The position numbers and the translations under genes were made by a program. From Octopus vulgaris (Eukaryota): 64,000 bases of DNA. The stretch lies in NCBI GenBank assembly GCA_951406725.2, contig OX597815.1, positions 86,304,001 through 86,368,000 on the forward strand, given 5' to 3'. Positions 1-15,928 of the stretch are shown here, piece by piece (position 1 is the first letter of the stretch; each line of letters opens with the position of its first letter). The notes below the pieces were generated by a model. The model saw only the letters and a list, made by a program, of their open reading frames with translations, searched no databases and was not told the DNA's origin.

Positions 1-1504
1 ACATACATATATGAATATACGCATTTTTTCACATGTATATACACACACATACCCGCGCACACACACACACACATGTATGCATCTATGTATGTATGAACGT
101 ACACTCACATCCTCGTGCACACGCACACACACATGTAGTTGTTATAAGTGTTTGTACGTGTGCGCGTATGTCAAGAGAAATGGAGAGAGAAACTGAGAAA
201 CAGATGTTCGTGCACTGAAGTAAAGAAAGGCAGCTCGGTGTAGATTCATTTATCAGGCATTAGTTCACATAAAAGCATACGTAGAGAAATATTTTTCTGG
301 GATTTCTTTATTGTATATGTTATTCTCCACCTACGTATATATTATTCATGCAAACGACTTCGCATTCAAATTCTCCTCATGTCACCGTTTTAAATTGCCT
401 TACCACAGAATGCTTTTTCACTAAAATATTATATATTCTCCTATCCATTCAAATATTTGGTAAGAAAACTTATCGCTATATTTGCAAGAAATACGTATGA
501 ATGGAATATATTTGCCGTTGTCACTCATCACTACATATCTACATTAAACTTTTAAGCAGTTATATTTCGTAGCTGTTTTTCTTTGTTTCCTTGAGAAAAA
601 ATGTGTCATTAAATCTAATGAATTTTCTTTCTATGAGAGGTTTAATTTAAATTCATTAGAATATTTTACTCAGCTGATTATATTAAGTATCTTAGGTTTC
701 ATATACATTTTTCCAACATTTATTTCATCAATATATCGGTACTGATAATAGGTAGTTTTAATTTTTAACTTATTGTATCTTAACGGATTGTGAAACCTAT
801 AATGTGAATGTCTAGAAAAGAATCACAAAGAAGTAGTTATTATTTTCCGAATCTAATGCTTTAGTTGGGTTTCGTTACTTTTACAAATTTGCTAATCACC
901 ATTTTCCAAGAACAGAACATTAAAATACTTCTGCTATGTCTGAATAACCGACTGCGGCAGCAATGTTGATTGCAGAAAGCAAGAAGACAAGGATAAAGAA
1001 GTGAAGAGTGGAAAGAGAGTGAAAGCGAATGATAGAATGTAATTCTAACGTAGTGAGTGTGAAAGGCATAATAGAAGACGAAAAATAGAGAGTGACTGAG
1101 AGGCGGAGTGGAACAAGGTGGAAGATGGAGGAAGGGAATGTTAATGTGATAAACAGAAAAGGATCAGGTAAACTGTAAATAGTATATCATTTACAGTTCA
1201 GCACAAATCTCAAGGAAGTTCCAGGAATGTTCTTGTAATAGAATAATTTTGTTTCCTGCGTACATATTGCAGACAATAGCAGCATCAGATTCAACATTCT
1301 TGCCCATAGAGACATATACACAGCTATATAGATGCCCAAAATAAAGCACCTGCAATCTCACATACCTAGATTGCTCCCGCCCACTCACTCACTCTCTCAC
1401 ATCCTTTCTCTGTAAATTTAAATATACGTATGTATGCATGCATGCATGCATGTATGTATGTATGTATGTATGTATGTATGTATGTATGTATGTATGTATG
1501 TATG

Positions 1505-1553
<49 letters not shown>

Positions 1554-1664
1554 AGAGAGAGAGAGAGAGAGAGAGTGATAGACAGACAGACAAACAGAGA
1601 GTGAGCACTCTGTATATGTGGGTGTATCTCTTAGAGAATGTGTGTGAGTATATACACGTACAAA

Positions 1665-1695
<31 letters not shown>

Positions 1696-1783
1696 TTATA
1701 TATATATATATGTACATACATATATGTATGTATATATGCATATATTATATAGATATATATATACACACATGCATGGATATATA

Positions 1784-2862
<1,079 letters not shown>

Positions 2863-3159
2863 CTCTCAAAGTAATCTACACTGCCATTTTTATTTTCAGA
2901 GACATGAAACTCTTATATGCTTGTGCCGTACGTATGTATTTAAGTATGTGCGCATATACATATGTGTTTTAGGCAATCTTTTTGTAAGAAACTTGTTGTC
3001 AACTCACTTGTTGAAATGTTGTATCACTATATCTTGGCAGTTTTATTTTGCCAACGAAAAAAAAAAATACACACTGCTTGACCTTCAGGTCGAGTAGCCC
3101 ATCCTGCACAGAATGTCACTGAATAAGGTTTGATTAAGGATGTTAATAGAAACATCCAT

Positions 3160-3624
3160 TTACATTATTTACTTTATTTACATTATTTACATTCGATGGA
3201 TATTTGTCCTCATCTTGTTTGTTGTTCACACAACGCTTCGGCTGATACACTCTCAAGTCTTGTTCAGGTGTCTAGGGGAAATTTTGAACCTGGGTTCTCG
3301 CGATAAGGAAGAAAGAAAAGTCGAGACATATGACAGCTTAGCTTGGGAAGTTAAGCAGTTGTGGTCGAAGAAAAAGGTAGCAGTAGTACCAATAATTTTC
3401 GGAGCCCCGGGAACAGTGAGCAAAAATCTCGAGAAGTACGTGGAACAAATAGGGACTGCAATAAGGGTGGAGCACTTGCAGAAAACAGCACTGCTTGGAA
3501 CCGCTCGAATACCCCGGAAGGTGCTCGGAAAATAAGATGTATTACCTTATTACACTGGTAGTGAACAGCTGACACTGTGATAGATCTCCAGCGTTAGAAG
3601 CTTGGCAAAGTCAATAATAATAAT

Positions 3625-3700
<76 letters not shown>

Positions 3701-3878
3701 TCGAAAAATACCGTGGGAATGAGAACCTCGGTTCGAAATTTCCCCAAGACACTTGAAGGCTGGGGGGTATATCATCCGAAACGTTGTGTTAATAACAAAC
3801 AAGATCAGGACAAATATCCGTCGGATGTAAATAATGTAAATAATGTACAAAATTCCACATCTCTTAAATATAGAACTG
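3160..3878. mobile_element. Inverted-repeat (Penelope-pLTR-like) non-autonomous element with degenerate hammerhead-like core
   Basis: 3160-3300 is the reverse complement of ~3721-3848; flanked by the 13 bp duplication. The arms read ACAC(C/T)TGA..AG(G/A)CT.G.G.GT.TATCA(G/T)CCGAA(A/G)CGTTGTG, resembling CUGAUGA-stem II-GAAA. Confidence 0.65.
3301..3698 (+). mobile_element. 5'-truncated R4/Dong-type non-LTR retrotransposon (RLE C-terminus, 3'UTR, (AAT)n tail)
   Basis: KEERKVETYDSLAWEVKQLWSKKKVAVVPIIFGAPGTVSKNL...LQKTALLGTARIPRKVL* is the typical C-terminus of RLE-type ORFs; stop at 3535, short UTR, (AAT)n at 3613-3698. Confidence 0.85.
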
Positions 3879-4299
3879 TAGAAACACCCATGTTTCCAGA
3901 GGCGAATTATCTAAACCTCAAAGAATTTCTTTCATCATTAGGATATGATGCTCCCCCACTACCTCTGCACATGATCAGAGATGCACATATTGCCAGCCAC
4001 TAAGGGACATGCTCAACCTGTTATGGGCAAGGAACTGACAAGCATATCTGTGGTATTGAGTAGAATATTTGCTGTAGCTCATCTTTTATACCAAGAAAAA
4101 ACAATATACGTAATAACACTTCTAGTCAGTTAAGATCAGAAGCTATGAGACCCACTGCCTGGTACTGCGTCATTATTATTATTATTATCATCATCATCAT
4201 CATCATCATCATTATTATTATTATTTTTGTTGTTGTTGTTGTTATTACTAATATTATTATTATTATTATGGTTGTCGCTGTTGTTGTTGTTGTTTTTCC

Positions 4300-4835
4300 C
4301 TTTACCACAGGTATGCGTAGTGGGCATACTACCTGCTGCATTCTGTACCACGCAGTTCGTTCTTTCCAGCTATCTAATACTTTCTTGAATATTCTACCAG
4401 AGCCACGGAGGCAAATCTTTTGTAAGAATTCTACTGGATACTCTATTCCAATTTCCTTTATATACTTTCTTGATGCTTCTTCATTTTCCATAGCCGGGCT
4501 ATTTCGTACTCAAAAGGGTTGTATCTATTTATTTTTTCGCCTGCAACATCAACTACATAGCATGCAACATCAACTATATAGCATAAGTGGTGCACCTTGT
4601 CCACCACCACTAGGTCCAGTCTGTTATGTTCTAGTACCTGATCTGTTTGGGTTGGAAAATCCCAGACGATTTTGCTAGTCTACGACTCCGTCACTCTGCG
4701 GTTTGTGCTTACACCGCGTCTTGCTCTCCTTAGCTCCCACTTTTCGCACATTCTCCAATGTAGCACTTTCCCTACATGGTCATGTCACCACAACTTGTTG
4801 CGGTTTTGGGCAAGTCTAGGTCATTCGTTCGTGGT
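4300..4835 (-). pseudogene. Second R4/Dong-type RLE retrotransposon 3' fragment (frameshifted)
   Basis: Minus-strand translation gives HDHVGKVLHWRMCEKW, KIVWDFPTQTDQVLEHNRLDLVVVDKVHHLCYIVDVAC (PD..D RLE region) and EFLQKICLRGSGRIFKKVLDS; contains a 23 bp tandem duplication at ~4541-4584. Confidence 0.85.
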
Positions 4836-4850
4836 TAATATTACTTGAAT

Positions 4851-4906
<56 letters not shown>

Positions 4907-4984
4907 CATTATCGTCGTCGTCATCATCATTATTATCACTATCATTATTTTCATTAGCATCTGTCAATTGTTTTCATTACTTGC

Positions 4985-5322
4985 CAAGTGTCTTCCTGAC
5001 GCCTAGGGCAGAGAAATGTACTGTATACATTGGTAGGTCATTAAAATAAACACAGCAGGTTGTTCATTTACGAAGTCGTATGCTAGAGAAAAAGGGGAGA
5101 TACAGAGAAAAGGGGAAAAATAAGAAATTAAACAAATAAAATAAGGTGCGGGAAGAAAATTCACAGCGACAATGCTCTTCTCAGTACGTGTGACGTACCA
5201 GTCAAGACAATCTTTTATTCTTCATGCATGGATGGAAAGCCAGGGATCATTCTTATATGAGTTCAGTTCATTTCTTTTTTATCATTCCACGAGCTCCTAC
5301 AATCATTGGTATTGTTACTGTA
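4985..5322 (-). pseudogene. Third R4/Dong-type RLE 3' end plus UTR
   Basis: Minus strand: TVTIPMIVGARGMIKK...IPGFPSMHEE*KIVLTGTSHVLRRALSL*; bounded by triplet microsatellites. Confidence 0.7.
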
Positions 5323-5350
5323 TTATTATTATTATTATTATTATTATTGT

Positions 5351-5589
5351 TCAGTAGTTTTATTTTTATAGCGTGCTTTCACTTCACTACTGAGCGCAGC
5401 TCTGTGTGCCTTGGGTATGTGCTGCGATTTGTTGTGATGCTCTGATGGTTATTGTATGGAAAGTGTTCTGCGTAGGATGTGTGCAGTGCCTAGTAGTGCA
5501 ATTTTCTGTATGTTATGTGTGTTTGTAAGTCCTGGTGTTTTTGTTATGTATTTGTCTGAATATTTTTTTATCATGCCTAATGCAGCTAC

Positions 5590-5592
<3 letters not shown>
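5351..5592 (-). pseudogene. Fourth R4/Dong-type RLE 3' end plus UTR
   Basis: Minus strand: VAALGMIKKYSDKYITKTPGLTNTHNIQKIALLGTAHILRRTLSIQ*, then UTR and (AAT)n; a shorter copy of the same family is at 15233-15362. Confidence 0.8.
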
Positions 5593-5631
<39 letters not shown>

Positions 5632-5633
<2 letters not shown>

Positions 5634-6063
5634 GTGAGAGAGCAGTTCATGCCATCAAAGTGACACTGGGGTAAAATATACGAAGCCCAATATACCCATC
5701 ATGACTACCCGTCTGATAAGGGTACACCAGGCACATGCATCACAACCATATGTGCGCGACATGGTGATCTCATATCAAGATAAACAGCACATGACCTTGC
5801 AGGTGGGGCCCTGTTAGAATTTCCTTCAGGTTGAGTAGCCCATCCCGCTCAAACGGTCCCTGAATAAGGGTTGTTTAAGGATGTTGAAAAACCACCCATG
5901 TTTCCAGAGGTGAATTATTCAAACCCCAAAGAATCCCTCTCAACACATGGCTATGATGCTCCCCCACTACTTCTGCTCGTGATCAGAGATGCACATATCG
6001 TCAGCCACTAAGGGACATGCTCAACTGGTTAAGGTCAAACAACTGACAAGCAAATCTGTGGTT
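5632..6063 (-). mobile_element. ~550 bp (AAT)n-associated non-coding element, 5'-truncated
   Basis: Highly similar to 61390-61935 in the opposite orientation; (ATT)n on both sides. Confidence 0.85.
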
Positions 6064-7202
6064 ATTATTATTATTATTATTATTATTATCATCATTATTG
6101 TTGTTGTTGCTTTTGTTGTTGCTGTTGTTGCTTTTGTTGTTGCTGTTGTTGCTGTTATTCTACTCGATTATCTGTTAAGCTACTAACTAGTCGATAATTT
6201 GATTTACCTTTCGACCAGTGTATTAAATGTACAATCCCTTGTTCCACACTCAGTCACAAACATCACCTAAAATTATATGATACAGGAACCAAGGTTTGGA
6301 GACAGTGAGACAACTTCCGACTAAGGCATGTCATTCAAGAGCTGAGGATTAATCAAGTAATTGATTATTAGAGAGTCTGATTAGTTAATTAGTAATAAAA
6401 ACAGATGAAATGGAATCAGATCGTGTTTATTATTTGTGACATAAAGTTTCCTAGATATATCAATGGAAACATTCGCGTGTGTGCGTAATGTATTTGTATG
6501 TGTGCGTATATGTGTGTGTTTACACACACACACACACACATACACACACACACATATACACATATAATTATATGCGTGTGTGCCTGTGCGTGAATTTGTG
6601 TATGTCCATATATACGTACGCATACGTTGGTGTGTACTTACTTTTGGATTTCTGTTGTATGTGTTTCGATTTGTGTACATTTATGGTAATGATACCTTGT
6701 TGTAAAGTTTTCCCACTGATTTAATGTATAAAGCATACGCTTAACATCAGTTTAGGTAATTAATCTTTAGTTTTGAGTCTCTACAATCAGATAGAAATAT
6801 ATCAGCTATGTCAATGTTTGGTGATAGAGAGGCGTAAAATATACAAATGACTAAATATATTCTCTTTCAAATTGTAATTTTCAAGCAATTTTATTCCCGT
6901 ATCATCATTTTAATGTATATATTTAAAATAACAATTCTTTAAATTGCAGTCCTTATTACGTGAGGTGTAATAAATTCAAATATCTTCTGCAGGAGTTGTG
7001 TTTCATTCTTTTCAGATATCATTCGTTGGTTCTTCTATGGACTTCAATTATTGGATTAGATTGGGATCATACTGAGGTCACATCGTAATTATGGTAATAA
7101 GACAATAATAGTAAATGTGCATGGAATATATATATGCGTGTATGTATGGGTGCAGGTTCTTGCATGTATATATATAATTATATATATGTATATGTACGTA
7201 TG

Positions 7203-7256
<54 letters not shown>

Positions 7257-7319
7257 TAAATTAATGTTAACAGCTAGACGCAATATAATATCATTGAAGT
7301 AAACTTTAATCGTCATTAA

Positions 7320-8875
<1,556 letters not shown>

Positions 8876-9317
8876 ATTAGTATTATTATTATTATTGTTG
8901 TTGTTGTAAAGATGTAACTCTAGATAACTCCTTGCATGTACATCATCATACATAGACACTACATAATACATATGCATGCATACACGCAAATGGATGTATG
9001 TGTGTGTTTGTGTGTGTGTGTGCGTGTGTGTGTATGTGTGTGATGCATAAGTTTGATATATATGTACTCTAAAAGAATGAATAGTGGAGAGGAAAGCAAT
9101 GATTTATAAATATCGCTAGATACGAGATACTGATACATTAGAAAAAAAAAATATATATGTATATATGTACATGGTTATGATACCAGTTACACAGATGCGC
9201 ACATACTCTCACAAGCACACACACACATTCATATATATATATATGCATATATATTCATAGGCATATATATACACACACACATATATATTTATGCATACGT
9301 ATGTGTGAATACATGCA

Positions 9318-9369
<52 letters not shown>

Positions 9370-10421
9370 CATATATATGTGTGTGTGCATGTGTGCGTAT
9401 ATATACTTTTACATAGACATAGATAAATTTATACACATGCTTGTATGTTTTATATATATATATGTATACCCGCATGCACGACACATGTGCGTGCCAATAC
9501 GTGCACGTGACTTCGCGTGCGCTCTAATTATTTTACTGAGACTCACATGTGAGGCGCTGTCTTTCTAATTAGATCTAAAACGATAGTAGATTCGATGTAG
9601 GAAGCTTTATAACAGATAAGTTTTTTTTTTTGTCAAGTTATTGTTGCTATTTCTCTTCATTTTAATGGCTTTTTTCTTTTTTTTAGAAAGGTAGGCGCTG
9701 AGTATATTTAGACATACAGGTGGAAGAATGTAAAAGAAATTGAAAACGAAAGATGAACCAAATGTGTTGGAGTTTTTGATGAAAAGGGATTTTCTAACCT
9801 GTGATATTTTCTTTCACTCCCAATTTATTCTTGATCGCGTGTATGTACGTGTCAGTGTTTGTTGCATCTCTATATGCATGCGTATACTTGTGTGGGTATC
9901 TGTGAGAGTTTTGTGTGTATGTATGCGTGTGTGCGCGTGCATGTGCGGGCATGTGTGTATATGTTTGTGTATGTGTGTATATTTGTATGCGTGTATATGT
10001 GTACGTATGAGTGTGTGTCTATGCGCAAACAGTATGTGACAGTTTCACACGACTTCTTGCGATTAGGTCTGTAAAACAAAAATGTAATTTTTTTCTGATT
10101 TTAACAGCTATTTTAGTAAAAGTATGAACAGCAGAAAGAGAAAAAGAAAAGCTTTTCCCTCATATCCGGAGGTCTGTTTCTTTTCCCTCTTGTTAATGTT
10201 TTTTTTTTTTGTAATGCTCGCGTTTGTGTATGTCATGCATGTGCGTTATACCTCAATAGCGAAAGGTGAGCAATGATGTAACGCGTATCTATCTATTACA
10301 GGAACCAGTAAAAGTCTATGCTTATATCAGCCTTTTTTGTCATAGCATGAGCAATGAACTTCACATTACATTAGCATATATATGCATACCTACGTGTGTG
10401 TATACACCTATATATTGTATA

Positions 10422-10464
<43 letters not shown>

Positions 10465-10495
10465 TGTATATATATATATATATATATACATATAT

Positions 10496-10589
<94 letters not shown>

Positions 10590-10882
10590 TTAGATATAGT
10601 TATACATCTGGATGTATTTGTGTATGTGGGTCATTCATATTTCATGCAATTCACTCAGTGGACTGCAGCCATGATGAGTCACTATTATGAAGAGTTTCCG
10701 CCGAACGAAGCAACCCCCGTATTTAATTCATATTTTGTAAAACTAGTTGCTTCTTCTATTGTAACCTGTACCCAACCGCAAAGTTACTACGAAGGAAACA
10801 CATTAACACCTGTAGTCAAGCGGTGGTTTGAGGGAAACAGACACAAACACACAAACACACACAAACACACACACACATACAG

Positions 10883-10958
<76 letters not shown>

Positions 10959-10961
<3 letters not shown>

Positions 10962-11072
10962 CCGGGTTCAGTCCTACTGCGTGGCACTTTGACCAAGTGT
11001 CTTCTACTATGGCCTGTGACCGACCAAAGCCTTGTGAGTAGATTGGTAGATGGAAACTGAATGAAGCTCATC

Positions 11073-11115
<43 letters not shown>

Positions 11116-11636
11116 TATTCTTCAATTTTACTCCTTTATTCTATTATTTTAATCCTTATAAACTGAATTTTATTCCTTGTAAACTGTAAATAGTTCCACG
11201 TTAAAAATATTCATACCTTATATCTGGTGATGGAATACTCAGTGCATGGGCATGCTAACCTACCACTTGATTTATCTCAGAAACGGCTATAAGACTTCGC
11301 CTTACCCAAATTAAATTATTCTAAATGACTTGAAATACTCGTTCTGCCTTGGTCTTGATTTTTCTTCTAAGATAAGATATATATATATATTTATGTGTGT
11401 GTGTGTGTGTGTGTGATTGTGTCTGTGTTTGGCCCTTCCACCACCATTGCTCGATAACAGACGTTGGTGTATTTACGTCCCTGCAACTTAGCAGTTCGGC
11501 AAAAGATACCGATAAATTAAGTACTAGGCTTACAAAGAATAAGTCCTGGAGTAGATTTCTTCGACTAAAACCCTTCAAGGCGGTGCACCAGTATAGCCGC
11601 AGTCAAATGACCGAAGAAAGTAAAAGAATAAAAGAA
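10959..11636 (+). mobile_element. SINE family A, split (5' part 10959-11074, 3' part 11395-11636)
   Basis: Matches 20050-20455; an older inverted 3' half lies at ~10655-10880. Confidence 0.75.
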
Positions 11637-11711
11637 TGCATACATACATTATATATATATATATATATAATGTATGCCTATATATACATATATATATATA
11701 TACATATATAC

Positions 11712-11746
<35 letters not shown>

Positions 11747-11763
11747 CATATATATATTTATAT

Positions 11764-11808
<45 letters not shown>

Positions 11809-11827
11809 GTAAATATATCTTTAAACA

Positions 11828-11870
<43 letters not shown>

Positions 11871-11921
11871 AATATATTTTAAACAATATCAGTTGAAATA
11901 TGAGGTAAAAAATGTCACTAC

Positions 11922-11980
<59 letters not shown>

Positions 11981-14165
11981 CAGTAGTAGTAGTAGTAGTA
12001 GTAATAGTTGTTGTTGTTGTAGTACAGCAGCAACATCAGCAGCAGTAGCAACAGTCACAGCAGTAGTACTAGAAATAATAATCACAATAAAATTTAGTAG
12101 AAAACTAACAGCAAAAACCAAAAACAACAAAGTGTGAGTGTATGTGTGTGAATATGTTTGTGTGTGTATGTGTGTGTATCTGAACTCCCTTTGACATACA
12201 TACACATTATTTCGTTTAATCTCTCCTTCAACTTTTGCCAAGTATAGTCGGAACAAATGAATTCTATTGACATTTATATAGAAATTGTGAATGATAAAAA
12301 TGATCGATCATGCTGGTTGTATGAATTTAGAATATGTCGAGTAAGGGCCATATTGACCTCTACGTGACATGTCCTGTATTTCATCGACCTCGGAAATTGA
12401 CCTTCCTTGATTTGGATCTCAGGTCCTAGGCATCCTAACTAAATTGTGGAAGGTATTTTGTCCAATTCTTTATCGATTGTGCCCATCCGCTGACCTCTGT
12501 TAGCATAATAGTTATTTCTAATTTAGACTTAAGAACAGCAATTCTGAGTGGAAGGAATTAGCAGATTAAATCAACTCCAGTACTTGACTAGTAATCCGGT
12601 AAGCTGAACTGTAAGTTTGATCACAGAAATATTTGAACTCATAAAGTGAAGAACGTTCCGCAAATCTTTCATCATCCATTACCAAAATAATAGCAGAAAA
12701 TAATGTGGTTTCCAAATGGTTGTTTGACCTGTTAGAGAAGAAAAAGATAGAGACATAGGATAAACCTAATACTGTATACTCCTAAAATGAGATGGGAAAG
12801 GCTCGTATACTTTTGTCTTATGCCAGACTGATATAAGACTAAACAGCGCGAGTACCACCATCATGATATCAGCTACTACAAAAAGAAAATTAATATTTAA
12901 CCTCGTTAAAACATTAAACATGAAAACCCAAGTTTTCAACTGGTACTTTATATTATTAAACCTGGAAAGGAAATCAACTTCCATGGGATTTCATTCTGAA
13001 TATTAAGATATCTAGCAAATTGTACACAAATACTTATCACTGGCGTTCTGCCAATTATGACATTCACTGCCTTTATCTGTAATAAAATAATTGTTTCTAA
13101 CAGAAGTACAATGCTATAAATTTGTGGAGAAGGATATAATCAATTAAATTGCCCCAATACTTTACTGGTACTTTATTTTATCTACCCAGGAAGAATGATA
13201 GGCAAAGTCGTTTTCGGTCAGAAATGAATTCGGATTGTAAAGAGCTGCAAATAAATATTACAATACATTTTGTTCGACGCTCTACTGACAGTCCACAAAA
13301 GTCAATGTAGCAGCGTCTGCGTAGCTGTTCCACTTGCCAGAAGTAACAGTCAAATATTCGTCAAATCACACCTTTTTGTACTAAATATGAAAAGGATACC
13401 TTTGAAAGTAATAGTTAACGAGACCCCACTACCACCACCACCAACAACAGCAATATGGATATATTGAGACCAATTATCTGTCTATTTAGTCAGGATTTGT
13501 CTGATGCCATGCAACAACACAATAGTAACAATTTAATAATGGTAATAACCATTTCTATCATATGTGCAGAGTTCCCAAATGATAGAAATTTTCTCCGATT
13601 TTGTCTCGGTTTTTGTTATTTTCAACGGAAATTCACATTGAATAATGGCCCTAGATGAATTTTATCGAACAAATCATTTCATAGATGCCGCTAGAATACC
13701 TTTCAACATGGATTTGCTTAATCAGAATTTGGATAGCAATTATTATATTTTATTAAACACGTTGGATGTTCGTAAAATGTCAACGACTATGATAAAGGTG
13801 ATGTCAAGCTTTTCTTTTCCCTTTATTTTTTTCGTAACATACATTTAAAAGCAGTGATGGTCAATGGTAGTATCCCTAGTTCCCTATTTTATTGACTAAT
13901 CAAATACGAGGGAAAAAAGTCAGATATCCTGCAAGTCCCACCCTACACTATCATTTCAAATAAGGGAGGACACATTACACCAGAGATCCATGGCTGTAAT
14001 TCATTTAACTAAATTACAGTTCAGACTGGGTTGACCTAGCGTTAAAAACAAAATCAACAAACTGCAGACTCAAGTTTGAGCAGGATTTAAATCCGAGATA
14101 CGAAGGGACGAAACTCAATACAAATAAAATATTTTTTTATTATAATAGTACAGTTACTCTACAAC

Positions 14166-14241
<76 letters not shown>

Positions 14242-14243
14242 TG

Positions 14244-14301
<58 letters not shown>

Positions 14302-14302
14302 C

Positions 14303-14349
<47 letters not shown>

Positions 14350-14369
14350 TAATAATAATAATAATAATT

Positions 14370-14885
14370 TCTATTGGAGGTAGAAGGTCTCAAATTTGGG
14401 GATAACTGGTACTTATTTCATGGACCCCGAAAGGATGAAATGTGGAATTTGAATTCAAAACGTAAAGGCAGTCGAAATGACGCTAAACAATAATAATTAA
14501 AAATTATTTGGCACAAGGCCAGGAAGTTCAGGGGAGCAGATAAAGTCAGTTACATCGACCCAGGACTCAACTGGTACTGAAAAGATGAAAGGCCAAACCG
14601 ACCTCGTTGAATTTAAACTCGGAACACAATGCCGCTAAGAGGTTTGTCCGGTGTGCTAACGATTCCGCCAGCTGAACACATTGACACTACTGCAGCCACC
14701 ACCATCACCACCAGTAATAATAATGACTTATAAAGTTCGTGGGAGGAAATTACATCGACCCCAGAGTTCAACTCCTACTTGTTTTATCGAACCCAAAGGG
14801 ATGAAAAGCAAAGTCGACCTCGGCAGTACTTCACCTCAGGCCGTAATGCTACCAAGCATTTTGTCTGGCGTGCAAACAGTTGTGC
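14370..14885 (-). mobile_element. Three tandem SINE family B fragments
   Basis: CTGGTACTTATTT..GACCCCGAAAGGATGAAA..GTCGACCTCGG..GAATTTGAACTC, reverse complement of 38132-38350. Confidence 0.65.
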
Positions 14886-15232
14886 TATAATAATTAATTC
14901 ATTATACGACTATTTGGCTGATTCACTGCAACATTCTAAAACACCTTGCTATATTTAGTTATGCGCTATAGCCCCGTGTTCGCATTTCAGGTTTACTTTA
15001 CATTTCCTCCAAAGCCTGAAAAGCTAAAGATTATTATTATCATTCTTCTTCTTCTTCTTCTTCTTCTTCTTCTTCTTCTTCTTCTTCTTCTTCTTCTTCT
15101 TCTTCTTCTTCTTCTTCTTCTTCTTCTTCTTCTTCTTCTTCCTCTTCCTCCTCTTCTTCTTCTTCTTCTTCTTCTTCTTCTTCTTCTTCTCCTTCTTCTT
15201 CTTCTTCTTCTTCTTATTATTATTATTATTAT

Positions 15233-15362
15233 TCAGTAGTTTTATTTTTATAGTGTGCTTTCACTTCACTACCGAGCGCAGCTCTGTGTGCCTTGGGTAT
15301 GTGCTGTGATTTGTTGTGATGCTCTGATGGTTATTGTATGGAAAGTGTTCTGCGCAGGATGT
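15233..15362 (-). mobile_element. Short 3' end of the R4/Dong-type family at 5351-5592
   Basis: Near-identical to 5351-5480; sits between (ATT)n tracts. Confidence 0.8.
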
Positions 15363-15377
15363 ATTATCATTATAATG

Positions 15378-15488
<111 letters not shown>

Positions 15489-15509
15489 ATAAGTAGTAGT
15501 AGTAAAATT

Positions 15510-15715
15510 ATTAGCATGCCGGGCGAAATGTTTAGCGGTATTTCGCCCGTGTTTACATTCTGAGTTCAAACTCTGCCAAGGTTGACTTTGCTTTTCATTA
15601 CTTCGAGTCGATAAATTAAGTACTCAGTGTTTCACTGTTACTTAATTTATCGACCCTGACGTAATCGCCTAGCCCCTATCCCACAAATTTCAGGCCTTTT
15701 ACCTAGAGTAGAAAT
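15510..15715 (+). mobile_element. SINE family B
   Basis: TTAGCATGCCGGGCGAAATGTTTAGCGGTATTTCG...GAGTTCAAACTC...GTCGATAAATTAAGTAC. Confidence 0.75.
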
Positions 15716-15794
15716 AATAATTATTATTATTAATATTATTATTATTATCGTTGTTGTTGTTGTTGTTGTTACTATCAATAATATTGATACTCTA

Positions 15795-15879
15795 ATTTTT
15801 TGTACGTACGCGTACCTGTTGTGTGCGTCACACTTACTTCAAACGAGTGGCAAAGCGAGGGAGAGGAGGACAGAGAGGA

Positions 15880-15928
<49 letters not shown>

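Larger units (their letters stand above)
3078..4172 (-). mobile_element. Diverged copy of the ~550 bp (AAT)n-associated element, interrupted by nested insertions
   Basis: 3078-3159 and 3879-4172 align as consecutive parts of the element seen at 5632-6063, 17171-17696, 21056-21524 and 61390-61935; the 13 bp TAGAAACA(T/C)CCAT is duplicated at 3147-3159 and 3879-3891. Confidence 0.8.

Noticed and set aside
1191-1388. 65 aa non-repetitive minus-strand ORF as a possible downstream exon
   Set aside because: No recognisable homology or convincing splice sites; the length is within chance expectation.
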